Shown: positions 24,831 to 32,000 of the stretch, piece after piece
How the letters are laid out: each line of letters opens with the position of its first letter
How positions within the stretch are numbered: the stretch's first letter is position 1
Assembly (NCBI GenBank): GCA_964640155.1
Contig: CAZXEQ010000002.1
Coordinates: 180,001-212,000, forward strand
Origin: an uncultured bacterium
GTDB taxonomy: Bacteria; Auribacterota; JACPWU01
Length of the DNA: 32,000 nt
Direction of reading: 5' to 3'
Position numbers and translations under genes: made by a program
Notes under the pieces: generated by a model
The model's database searches: none
What the model was told of the DNA's origin: nothing
What the model saw: only the letters and a program-made list of their open reading frames with translations

Positions 24831-25265
24831 ATGAATGCTCTTAAAGTACCCTTTTTGGTAGCAAGCTTTATTATCCTTTCTCTCCTTGTCAGTTCTGTTC
24901 CTTCTGCGCGTGAAAGCACAAAAGATTCTATTAAACCTCGAAAACTCAAACAAGAAACTAACTCTCCTCTCAATGGTCTTTCCTTGAATAGTTTTTTTCT
25001 TAAAGTGGCTTCAAAGTCTTCTAAAGTAGTGCGCGTAGGGAATGGATTATCTCTTAAATCTTTCGCCTTCATGGAAACTCTTAAAAGCCAACATGCACTG
25101 AAAGGATGGACATCTAATGGATTAACCAAAAATGGTTTCCAGAGAAATGGGCTTCACCAGAACGGATATCAAAGAAACGGAGCCCCAGAAGCCACATGTC
25201 ATTCAGCAGCACAATCGATTTATAAAAATTTGGCCATGCATCCTTTGGCTATTATTCAAGAATAA
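24831..25265 (+). CDS. Secreted NG-pentapeptide-repeat protein P2 (paralogue of P1)
   Basis: AAGGAGG RBS, signal-peptide-like N-terminus, and DSIKPRK...NGLSL. The C-terminal half is collinear with P1 (NGLTK NGFQR NGLHQ NGYQR NGAPE ATCHSAAQSIYKNLAMHPL versus ...NGVPE SSCGRTAQSIYQTLAAHPL). Confidence 0.75.
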   Translation: MNALKVPFLVASFIILSLLVSSVPSARESTKDSIKPRKLKQETNSPLNGLSLNSFFLKVASKSSKVVRVGNGLSLKSFAFMETLKSQHALKGWTSNGLTKNGFQRNGLHQNGYQRNGAPEATCHSAAQSIYKNLAMHPLAIIQE

Positions 25266-25374
25266 AAAATAATTTAATTCTAATAACATTGGCAAGGCTC
25301 CCAATTTCTACAGGATCTTGTTTTTTGAAGTCTTTCATGTAAAAATATCTAAGATTTATTTCCATGGAGAATGC

Positions 25375-26223
25375 ATGCCGAGAATAAAAGCATTTGTTTT
25401 ACTTTTAAGCATGTTTGGCCTTATTTCAGCATTTGTTTTCCCATATTTTTCTGAAAATAATTCCGCACAAAAACACCCCCACCTCAATAAAAATTCTCTT
25501 TCTACAAATGCTCTTACCTTGAATCAACTCGCCATAAATGCTCTTTCAACACATGAGATTGAAAAAGGAGAATTAAAACTCAATCCTGAAGCAACTTCAG
25601 GCATTGAAGAAACAGATGAAGGTCGCGAACTTTTAAAATACATTGCATCTTGTGCCTTACCTTTAGGCAAAGAAATTTCAACCACGGTCTCCGGGGTTAC
25701 CTATACTTTCAAAGGGAATTTAGGATTGGCTCCGGAATGGCTTAATGCTCCCCTCTCAGAAATAGGACAACGCTGGGTGAGCGCATGTTTATTGGCCCAT
25801 GTGAATGCCTTTGGCGTCAAAGTCCCCATTTCCGTGAGAGGGCCTCACCCCGCAATCAATGAAATCTCAAAAGAAGAACAAGAAGAATTTCCTGTAGAAG
25901 AAGCGGCCTTTTATGGAAACCTTTTTCAAAATATGAATGATAAATATGTTTGCGCAGGCAGTCATGAAAAAACTTCGAGTGAATATCTCCAGCTTCGTGT
26001 ATGTTCAGAAGTACCAGGCCCCAACAATCTCACCAAATGTGAATTCTTCTCAATGGGATCTTGTGGCCCTGCTGACAAAAAAACTTCTAATCAAACTAGC
26101 ATCGCTTGTAATGGAAAAGACAATACAAATGGATTTTTTACAAGCTGTCATGCAGGTGATAAAACTTACGAGGAAGTCATCACGATTTACTTGAAGAAGG
26201 AAAAAGAAGAAAAACCAAATTAA
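25375..26223 (+). CDS. Secreted 8-Cys protein P3 with N-terminal NxLxx repeats (unknown family)
   Basis: ATG at 25375 with GGAGA 4 nt upstream; the tracked start at 25318 is TTG. Signal-peptide-like MPRIKAFVLLLSMFGLISAFVF, then NSLST NALTL NQLAI NALST, then a roughly 230-aa domain with 8 Cys and a Lys/Glu-rich tail. Confidence 0.7.
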   Translation: MPRIKAFVLLLSMFGLISAFVFPYFSENNSAQKHPHLNKNSLSTNALTLNQLAINALSTHEIEKGELKLNPEATSGIEETDEGRELLKYIASCALPLGKEISTTVSGVTYTFKGNLGLAPEWLNAPLSEIGQRWVSACLLAHVNAFGVKVPISVRGPHPAINEISKEEQEEFPVEEAAFYGNLFQNMNDKYVCAGSHEKTSSEYLQLRVCSEVPGPNNLTKCEFFSMGSCGPADKKTSNQTSIACNGKDNTNGFFTSCHAGDKTYEEVITIYLKKEKEEKPN

Positions 26224-26229
26224 AAACAA

Positions 26230-26301
26230 AGCCACCTGTCAGATTTGAACTGACGACCTGCTGTTTACGAAACAGCTGCTCTACCCCTGAGCTAAGGTGG
26301 C
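26230..26301 (-). tRNA. tRNA-Thr (anticodon CGU)
   Basis: The reverse complement folds as a canonical 72-nt cloverleaf: GCCACCT-TA-GCTC-AGGGGTA-GAGC-A-GCTGT-TTCGTAA-ACAGC-AGGTC-GTCAG-TTCAAAT-CTGAC-AGGTGGC-T. No encoded CCA. Confidence 0.92.
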
Positions 26302-26319
26302 AACACACTAAAAATTTTT

Positions 26320-26383
26320 CCATACCTAACTATCCAACCTTCCCTATTACAACTTCGGGATGCTCTCCCTAAGCTAAGGTGGC
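26320..26383 (-). pseudogene. Decayed tandem copy of the tRNA-Thr gene
   Basis: The reverse complement begins TGTT-GCCACCTTAGCTTAGGGAGAGC. This has the same 4-nt 5' flank, acceptor 5' strand and D-arm as the intact gene, with 3 differences. The remainder (..AGGTTGGATAGTTAGGTATGG) has lost the anticodon stem and T-loop. Confidence 0.45.
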
Positions 26384-26454
26384 AACAAAAATAGTGAATA
26401 GTGTATCGAGAATAAAATCTTATTAAGATATATACCTTTTCTATTCTCTAACCA

Positions 26455-27219
26455 CTAACCACGATTGCCTGTCTTTAAGGCTTGCCAAAAGCTTTTCACG
26501 CCAAAATAGGCGAAAGCATCTTTCAAATTTGAGAAAATTCTTTTTGTTCCCTTAATCCTCGTATTGGTTACAAATTCCATCGTGAAGATCACTCTTGTTT
26601 CACCCGCCTTATTGGGGCTCACCGCATGATACAGCTTGTCTCCATTAAAAATCACCATTGATCCTGGAACCGTTTCCAAAGCCATTTCTTTTTGCTCTAC
26701 TTCAGGCCGACGCGTGTTCAGTCGGCATAAAAGTCGACTTGAAGATTTCTGTACAAGCCCAAAAAGAACCGTGTACCGCTTCCCCTCATAATAAGAAGTA
26801 TCATAATGATATCCCATATGATCTCCTTCTTCTGTATAGAAATAGAGGGCACAGGCATGAGGGTCATTCTTGGGGCATAACTTAAGATCCTCGCCTGCCA
26901 AACGACTCAAGAAAGCACGCAAAGCCTGGGAATGATAAAAAGCCAACAAATTTGGTGCTTTTTCAGCAATGATAAAGTGACTAACACTACCTCCTTTTTT
27001 ATGGCCTGGAATATAATTACGATTGAGCAAAGGAGTTAACTGTTCTACTTCATCAAGTAAAGGCTGAAGTGTTTTGGGAGGTAAAAAATGCTCAATAAAA
27101 AGCACTTCATCTTGCAATCCATATTCATCTGAAAGCTTTTTGAAATCAAGCCTCTGAAGCGCTTGACCCATCTCATCAGATAATGAAGAAATATCAGGTG
27201 CTTGTAAAACACTATCCAT
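26455..27219 (-). CDS. 2-oxoglutarate/Fe(II)-dependent oxygenase superfamily protein
   Basis: HxD...H facial-triad candidates (GYHYDTS and KLYHAVSP) in a jelly-roll-like context (GSMVIFNGD, RVIFTMEF). The ATG at 27219 overlaps the serC stop (ATGGATAG). Confidence 0.55.
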   Translation of the reverse strand: MDSVLQAPDISSLSDEMGQALQRLDFKKLSDEYGLQDEVLFIEHFLPPKTLQPLLDEVEQLTPLLNRNYIPGHKKGGSVSHFIIAEKAPNLLAFYHSQALRAFLSRLAGEDLKLCPKNDPHACALYFYTEEGDHMGYHYDTSYYEGKRYTVLFGLVQKSSSRLLCRLNTRRPEVEQKEMALETVPGSMVIFNGDKLYHAVSPNKAGETRVIFTMEFVTNTRIKGTKRIFSNLKDAFAYFGVKSFWQALKTGNRG

Positions 27220-28303
27220 TCTTCTTCTCAAATTCTTTCATGAATTGAGCGAGAGCCTTTACCCCTTCGACAGGCATTGCATTGTAAATCGACGCTCTTA
27301 ATCCTCCCGCTGAACGATGTCCTTTCAAACCGCTCAAGCTTGCCTTATTTGCATCTGAAGCAAATTTTTCTTCCAAAGCTTCGTTCTTGTTTTGAATTCT
27401 AAAAACCACATTCATGCAAGACCGAGAGTCTGCCTGAGCATGTGCCTGGTAAAAAGAACTTGCGTCAATCACATCATAAAGAAGTTTTGCCTTTGCTTCA
27501 TTACGTTTTTCAATCGCCGCCAATCCCCCTTCTTTTTCAATCCATTCCATAACCAAAGCTGCAATGTAAATGGCAAAAGTGGGAGGCGTATTGTACATCG
27601 ATTTTTCTTTGATATGCGTACGGTATTGAAGCATCGTTGCTAAATTAGGATTGCAACGTTCCGCCAAATCTTTTCGAATAATGACCAGCGTAACGCCTGA
27701 AGGGCCAATATTTTTCTGAGCCCCTGCAAAAATAAGACCAAATTGATTGATATCCAAAGGTCTGGATAAAATATCCGAAGACATGTCAGCCACCAAAGGA
27801 ACATTTCCTGTTTTAGGAAAAGCTTTCCACTGTGTCCCATAAATCGTATTATTAGAACACATATGGACATAAGAAGCTTTTGGGTTAAATTGAATTTCTG
27901 AAAGCTTCGGAATATATGTAAAATTTTCTTTTTCGGAAGTAGCTACGATTTTAAATTCTGTAAGTTTCTTTAATTCATCAATGGCCTTTTTGGTCCAAAC
28001 ACCCGTGTGTAATACATCTACAGGTTGACCAGAGATATAGAGATTAATCGGGACCATGGCAAATTGAAAACTGGCACCTCCCTGAAGAAAAAGAATTTCA
28101 TAATTTTCAGGGACATTGAGAATTTTTCTTACGCCTTGCTCAGCTTGAGCAAGAATTTTTTCGAAAGGTTTAGAACGATGGCTCATTTCCATCACCGACA
28201 TGCCAGAACCTTCAAAATTGAGCATCTGGTCACGGGCTTTTTCTAAAACACTTTCAGGTAAAACAGCAGGTCCTGCACTGAAATTATGAATACGATTGTA
28301 CAT
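27212..28303 (-). CDS. serC: Phosphoserine aminotransferase
   Basis: NFSAGPAVLPESVLE, FLQGGASFQF, and the PLP-lysine motif AGAQKNIGPSGVTLVIIR. Confidence 0.9.
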   Translation of the reverse strand: MYNRIHNFSAGPAVLPESVLEKARDQMLNFEGSGMSVMEMSHRSKPFEKILAQAEQGVRKILNVPENYEILFLQGGASFQFAMVPINLYISGQPVDVLHTGVWTKKAIDELKKLTEFKIVATSEKENFTYIPKLSEIQFNPKASYVHMCSNNTIYGTQWKAFPKTGNVPLVADMSSDILSRPLDINQFGLIFAGAQKNIGPSGVTLVIIRKDLAERCNPNLATMLQYRTHIKEKSMYNTPPTFAIYIAALVMEWIEKEGGLAAIEKRNEAKAKLLYDVIDASSFYQAHAQADSRSCMNVVFRIQNKNEALEEKFASDANKASLSGLKGHRSAGGLRASIYNAMPVEGVKALAQFMKEFEKKNG

Positions 28304-28464
28304 ACATTATCTCCTTGTTTATTCCTTCTAAAATGAGACGAAAGAATACCATATACTCTTAAAAGAGTTAAGGACTAAGAGTTAAGTTTTAAGTAAAGAG
28401 AGGTCTTTATCTTATGGTCCTTAATTCTTAACTCCATTCTTAGAATATGCTACATTAACTGGCC

Positions 28465-29409
28465 ATGAACCCATATTATTTGCCCATTTCACAGATACTC
28501 AAAGAGCGTTTTGGATGCTCTGTTTATAAAATCACGCTTGATGTTGGCTTTACTTGCCCGAATCGAGATGGACGCATTGCCTTCGGAGGTTGTACCTATT
28601 GCGATGAAGATGGATCAGGTCCAGGCCAAGAAAGAGCGAAACTCTCTGTACACCAACAGCTTGAGGAAGGCAAAAAATTCATGCGCAAACGTTTTGGAGC
28701 GCAAAAATTCATTGCCTATTTTCAAGCTTATACCTCCACTTACACCACCCCTGACAAGCTTAAAGCCCTTCTAGACGAAGCCTTAAGTGTCGAAGATATT
28801 GTAGGAATTGACGTAGCAACACGCCCAGATTGCCTTCCTGAAGACATTCTTGACCTGCTTCAGGAATACCATCAAAAAACTTATTTTTGGCTTGAAATGG
28901 GGCTTCAAACAACCAATAACGAAGTTTTAAAACGGGTGAATCGAGGCCATGATGTAGAGTCTTTTATTGATGCTACAAAACGGGCCCAAAAACGAGGGCT
29001 TCGCATTTGCAGTCATATGATTTTTGGACTTCCAGGAGATGATGAAGCCCATATGTTAGAAGGAGCAAACCTTTTATCTGAATTAAAAGTGGATGCCGTC
29101 AAACTTCATCATCTTCATATTTTGCGTGGAGCTCCGATGGAAAATTCCTGGAAAAAAGGATTGATTCCTCTTCTAGAACTAGAAGATTATGCGCGCCAAG
29201 TCGTAGATTTTTTAGAACTGGTCCCATCTACAATGATTGTTCAGCGTTTGGCGGGAAGTTCTACTCGTGAAAAATTACTCGCCCCTTTGTGGACTCTTGA
29301 TAAAGCAAAAATCATTCAAACGATAGAAGCAGAATTTAAGAGAAGAAATACGCATCAGGGGAAATTGTATCATTCAGAAATGGTCATTCCGGCGAAAGCC
29401 GGAATCTAG
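28465..29409 (+). CDS. TIGR01212-family radical SAM protein
   Basis: DVGFTCPNRDGRIAFGGCTYCD cluster, YFQAYTSTY and WLEMGLQT motifs typical of the YhcC/TIGR01212 family. The last 8 codons (VIPAKAGI) lie inside a palindromic repeat. Confidence 0.8.
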   Translation: MNPYYLPISQILKERFGCSVYKITLDVGFTCPNRDGRIAFGGCTYCDEDGSGPGQERAKLSVHQQLEEGKKFMRKRFGAQKFIAYFQAYTSTYTTPDKLKALLDEALSVEDIVGIDVATRPDCLPEDILDLLQEYHQKTYFWLEMGLQTTNNEVLKRVNRGHDVESFIDATKRAQKRGLRICSHMIFGLPGDDEAHMLEGANLLSELKVDAVKLHHLHILRGAPMENSWKKGLIPLLELEDYARQVVDFLELVPSTMIVQRLAGSSTREKLLAPLWTLDKAKIIQTIEAEFKRRNTHQGKLYHSEMVIPAKAGI

Positions 29410-29416
29410 TTTTTTT
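29386..29416 (+). terminator. Rho-independent terminator formed by REP-like hairpin 1
   Basis: ATTCCGGC-GAAA-GCCGGAAT (8-bp stem, GAAA tetraloop) followed by CTAG-TTTTTTT. The TAG stop of the radical SAM gene lies between the stem and the T-run. Confidence 0.75.
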
Positions 29417-29425
29417 AATAAATGG

Positions 29426-29450
29426 ATCCCGGATTACTACCTTCCGGGAT
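29426..29450. repeat. REP-like hairpin 2, inverted relative to hairpin 1
   Basis: ATCCCGGA-N9-TCCGGGAT. On the minus strand it reads GTCATCCCGG..., compared with GTCATTCCGG... for hairpin 1 on the plus strand. It could act as the suhB-side terminator. Confidence 0.6.
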
Positions 29451-29516
29451 GACAAGCAAAGCAGTGCCGGTCCTCTTAAAAAAGAATAATAAAAAGGTGC
29501 AACCCTTAAAATAAGA

Positions 29517-30308
29517 TTACCGCATGAATAAACGAATTGTTTTCTTAAGTTCTTTCCAAATTTCCGGATTTCCTGCCAAAACATTTTGAGGTTTCAATTC
29601 GAGTTCTTTTCCAGAAAAATGCGTAACACGTCCTCCTGCTTCTTGCACCAGCAGACGACCTGCAGCCACATCCCAAGGTTGAAGACCAAATTCCCAGAAA
29701 CCATCAAAACGACCGCAGGCCACATAAGATAAATCGATTGCTGAAGAGCCCCCGCGGCGTATACCCCGAGAATTCATACAAAGTTTACGAAAAATTTTAA
29801 TATAGTCTTCTAAAATATCACTTACCTTAAAAGGGAAACCTGTTGCCAAGAGGGTGTCTTTCAATTGCTTAGATTTTGAGACATGAATTTTTTTACCATT
29901 GAGATAAGCCCCTTTCCCCCGTACAGCACTAAAAAGCTCATCTCGATGTGGATCAAAGACAACGCCTAACTCAGGGCGGCCCTGATTAAAAAAGCCAATA
30001 GACACTGCAAAAATAGGCAGTTGATGAATAAAATTAGTGGTCCCATCCAAAGGATCAATAATCCAAAGAGGTTTTTTAGCATCAAATTGATATTGAGCAG
30101 ATTCCTCAGCTAATATCTGATGATCCGGGAAATGATGTAAAATTTTTTCAACAATCATTTTTTCAGATCTTTGATCTACTTCTGTCACATAATCATTTTG
30201 ATCTTTAAAATGAATATGATGTTTTTTAAGTTTGGGCTGTTCTTTTAAAAACATCGCACCCACTTCTCTCGCCATTTTAATAACAAAATCAATCGTTGGT
30301 TTTTTCAT
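29517..30308 (-). CDS. suhB: Inositol monophosphatase family protein
   Basis: EESA, WIIDPLDGTTNF, ATGFPF and GSSAIDLSYVACGRFDGFWE motifs. Confidence 0.88.
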   Translation of the reverse strand: MKKPTIDFVIKMAREVGAMFLKEQPKLKKHHIHFKDQNDYVTEVDQRSEKMIVEKILHHFPDHQILAEESAQYQFDAKKPLWIIDPLDGTTNFIHQLPIFAVSIGFFNQGRPELGVVFDPHRDELFSAVRGKGAYLNGKKIHVSKSKQLKDTLLATGFPFKVSDILEDYIKIFRKLCMNSRGIRRGGSSAIDLSYVACGRFDGFWEFGLQPWDVAAGRLLVQEAGGRVTHFSGKELELKPQNVLAGNPEIWKELKKTIRLFMR

Positions 30309-30325
30309 AACTCCAAGTTTCGCGT

Positions 30326-30682
30326 TTAAACTTTAAAAGGTTTTTGAATACAAACTTCAAAATTGGAAATGCTTGGCTTCACTGTAAAAAATAAAGATAG
30401 TAAAAAGCCGATTGCTAATAAAAATCCTATCAACTTATACCCACATCCCCATCCCATAAAAAAGAGCCCCATAGCGACAAACAATTCCCAAGGCTTTGCC
30501 CGAATGGAATGAGGTGGACTCAAAAGAACGGTGACGCTTTCTCCCTTTACCAGCTTTTCATCACATTTAAATTCAAAAGGAATAAAGGTCTGACCTTGAG
30601 TCTGTGGAGATTCAAGTTTCAGTTGAATCTTTCCATCTCTAATATCTTGAACAATTCCTTTTTCAGTCATCGTATTATGCAT
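30326..30682 (-). CDS. Hypothetical small membrane protein (soluble N-domain plus 2 TM)
   Basis: The architecture is loosely reminiscent of RseC/MucC-type proteins but lacks their Cys motif. No confident family assignment. Confidence 0.45.
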   Translation of the reverse strand: MHNTMTEKGIVQDIRDGKIQLKLESPQTQGQTFIPFEFKCDEKLVKGESVTVLLSPPHSIRAKPWELFVAMGLFFMGWGCGYKLIGFLLAIGFLLSLFFTVKPSISNFEVCIQKPFKV

Positions 30683-30833
30683 TATAATACCCGAATATTA
30701 CTTACTTAGGTTAAAGACTTTTTGACTCATTGATATAGTTTGCTGAAGAAGGGGCGAGATGCAAGGCACCCCGGACGTGACGTCGGGGTAACACGTATAA
30801 AAACCCTTATCCAACAAACGGGAAAGGTTATTT

Positions 30834-31820
30834 ATGAAAACATGTTTAGTAACAGGTGGTGCAGGATTTCTAGGTTCACATCTTTGTGATTACTTGCTAG
30901 AGCAAGGACATCGCGTGATTTGTTTAGACAATTTTTTGACAGGGAATATCAAAAACATTTCTCATCTTTTAGGTCATGAAAGATTCAAATTTTATAAATA
31001 CGATGTAACGGAATATCTTTTCATAGAAGAACCCATTGATTTTATTTTTCATTTTGCTTCTCCCGCAAGTCCTCGAGATTATTTGGAATATCCTATTCAG
31101 ACACTCAAAGTCGGAGCTTTAGGCACCCATAAAACTTTAGGTCTCGCAAAAGCTAAAAAAGCCAAATACCTTCTTGCTTCTACATCTGAAGTTTATGGAG
31201 ATCCTCTGGTACATCCACAAACAGAAGACTATTGGGGCAATGTAAATCCCGTCGGCCCTCGTGGTGTCTATGATGAAGCCAAACGATTTGGTGAGGCCTT
31301 GGCGATGGCTTATCATCGCACCCATGGAGTCGATGTCAAAATTGTAAGAATTTTTAATACTTATGGACCTCGCATGCGTTTACGAGATGGCCGTGTCGTT
31401 CCCAATTTTATTCCTCAAGCCCTTCAAGGTGAACCCATGACCATTTATGGAGATGGAAAACAAACGAGAAGTTTTTGCTATGTCTCAGATTTAGTTCGTG
31501 GGATTTATCTTCTGGCTATGTCCAAATTGAATGAACCTGTAAATATTGGAAATCCCAATGAAATGACCGTTTTACAATTTGCTGAATTTATTAAATCCGC
31601 GGTCAAAAGCAAAAGTAAAATTGTTTTTGAACCTCTTCCCGTCAATGATCCTCAAGTACGACAACCTGACATTACAAAGGCAAAGAAGCATTTAGGATGG
31701 GAGCCAAAAGTGGGATTGGAAGAAGGTATTTCAAAAACAGTTGAATATTTCAGAAAAGAGTTGGGAGCAGAAAAAGGATCTCAGTCAAAGGCGAAGGCAC
31801 CTCGGGTACAAAAGGTTTAA
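30834..31820 (+). CDS. UDP-glucuronate decarboxylase (UXS-type SDR)
   Basis: [12 protein letters not shown] Rossmann motif, the STSEVYG ... YDEAKR catalytic triad, and an [10 protein letters not shown] motif typical of UDP-xylose synthases. Confidence 0.85.
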   Translation: MKTCLVTGGAGFLGSHLCDYLLEQGHRVICLDNFLTGNIKNISHLLGHERFKFYKYDVTEYLFIEEPIDFIFHFASPASPRDYLEYPIQTLKVGALGTHKTLGLAKAKKAKYLLASTSEVYGDPLVHPQTEDYWGNVNPVGPRGVYDEAKRFGEALAMAYHRTHGVDVKIVRIFNTYGPRMRLRDGRVVPNFIPQALQGEPMTIYGDGKQTRSFCYVSDLVRGIYLLAMSKLNEPVNIGNPNEMTVLQFAEFIKSAVKSKSKIVFEPLPVNDPQVRQPDITKAKKHLGWEPKVGLEEGISKTVEYFRKELGAEKGSQSKAKAPRVQKV

Positions 31821-31830
31821 GGATTAAAGA

Positions 31831-32000
31831 ATGAAAAAAATAAAATATATTCTAAGCCTACTTTTGATCTTCTCAGCTTTCTATCTTTTTGCCGATTCTT
31901 CGAATAAAAACCCCTCTCCTGACATTTATGACAATTTGGATCTTTTTGCAAATACCGTAGCCATGCTTCAAAGAGATTATGTAGATCCGGTGGAGCCACA
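31831..32000 (+). CDS. S41 carboxy-terminal processing peptidase, N-terminal fragment (runs off window)
   Basis: ATG at 31831 follows AAGGATTAAAGA. It encodes MKKIKYILSLLLIFSAFYLFADSSNKNPSPDIYDNLDLFANTVAMLQRDYVDPVEP, i.e. a signal peptide plus the L..F..V...I...YVD motif common at Ctp/Prc N-termini. Not in the ORF track because it has no stop in the window. Confidence 0.55.
   Translation, partial: MKKIKYILSLLLIFSAFYLFADSSNKNPSPDIYDNLDLFANTVAMLQRDYVDPVEP

Noticed and set aside
26230-26454. The tRNA gene as an integration site for a genomic island (att duplication).
   Set aside because: The duplicated segment is the 5' part plus 5' flank, only about 80 nt away. No integrase or mobile genes are adjacent.
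31817-31999. Tracked minus-strand ORF of 60 aa at the right edge.
   Set aside because: The plus strand here encodes a signal peptide plus a Ctp/Prc-like N-terminus starting at 31831 with an upstream AAGGA. The minus ORF has no support.

Overview
Visibly AT-rich, densely coding bacterial chromosomal segment with about 40 credible CDS and one tRNA. Most of it is housekeeping. Genes present: a PaaI-type thioesterase (truncated at the left edge), rlmD-like rRNA methyltransferase, a REC-histidine kinase hybrid, an APC permease, a double-length thyX, an M24 aminopeptidase, a GT87/DUF2029 glycosyltransferase, prmA, gpmA, pyk, queE, nth, an EamA transporter, an RsmB/F-like methyltransferase, ispA, rpoN, tRNA-Thr(CGU), serC, a TIGR01212 radical SAM protein, suhB, UDP-glucuronate decarboxylase, and the start of an S41 C-terminal protease (truncated at the right edge). 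I see no transposase, integrase, CRISPR array, rRNA or recognisable defence genes. The lineage cannot be fixed from this window; rpoN, a LapA-like protein and a GT-C glycosyltransferase suggest a diderm-type bacterium. Observations worth a second look: (1) a three-gene cluster directly downstream of rpoN encoding secreted proteins built on Asn-anchored five-residue repeats, the first preceded by a good sigma-54 -24/-12 match and a cluster of TTGAAT repeats; (2) two copies of a roughly 110-125 bp GC-rich palindromic element in opposite orientation bracketing nth-eamA-rsmF; (3) a secreted Lys/Pro-rich protein with four HPDFDWKPKTK repeats that differ almost only at synonymous sites; (4) REP-like GTCATYCCGG hairpins that supply the last codons, stop codon and terminator of the radical SAM gene; (5) several tight gene couplings (serC/2OG oxygenase, GT87/unknown protein, MerR-like/small ORF/REC-HK). 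All functional calls rest on by-eye motif recognition. No database search was run.
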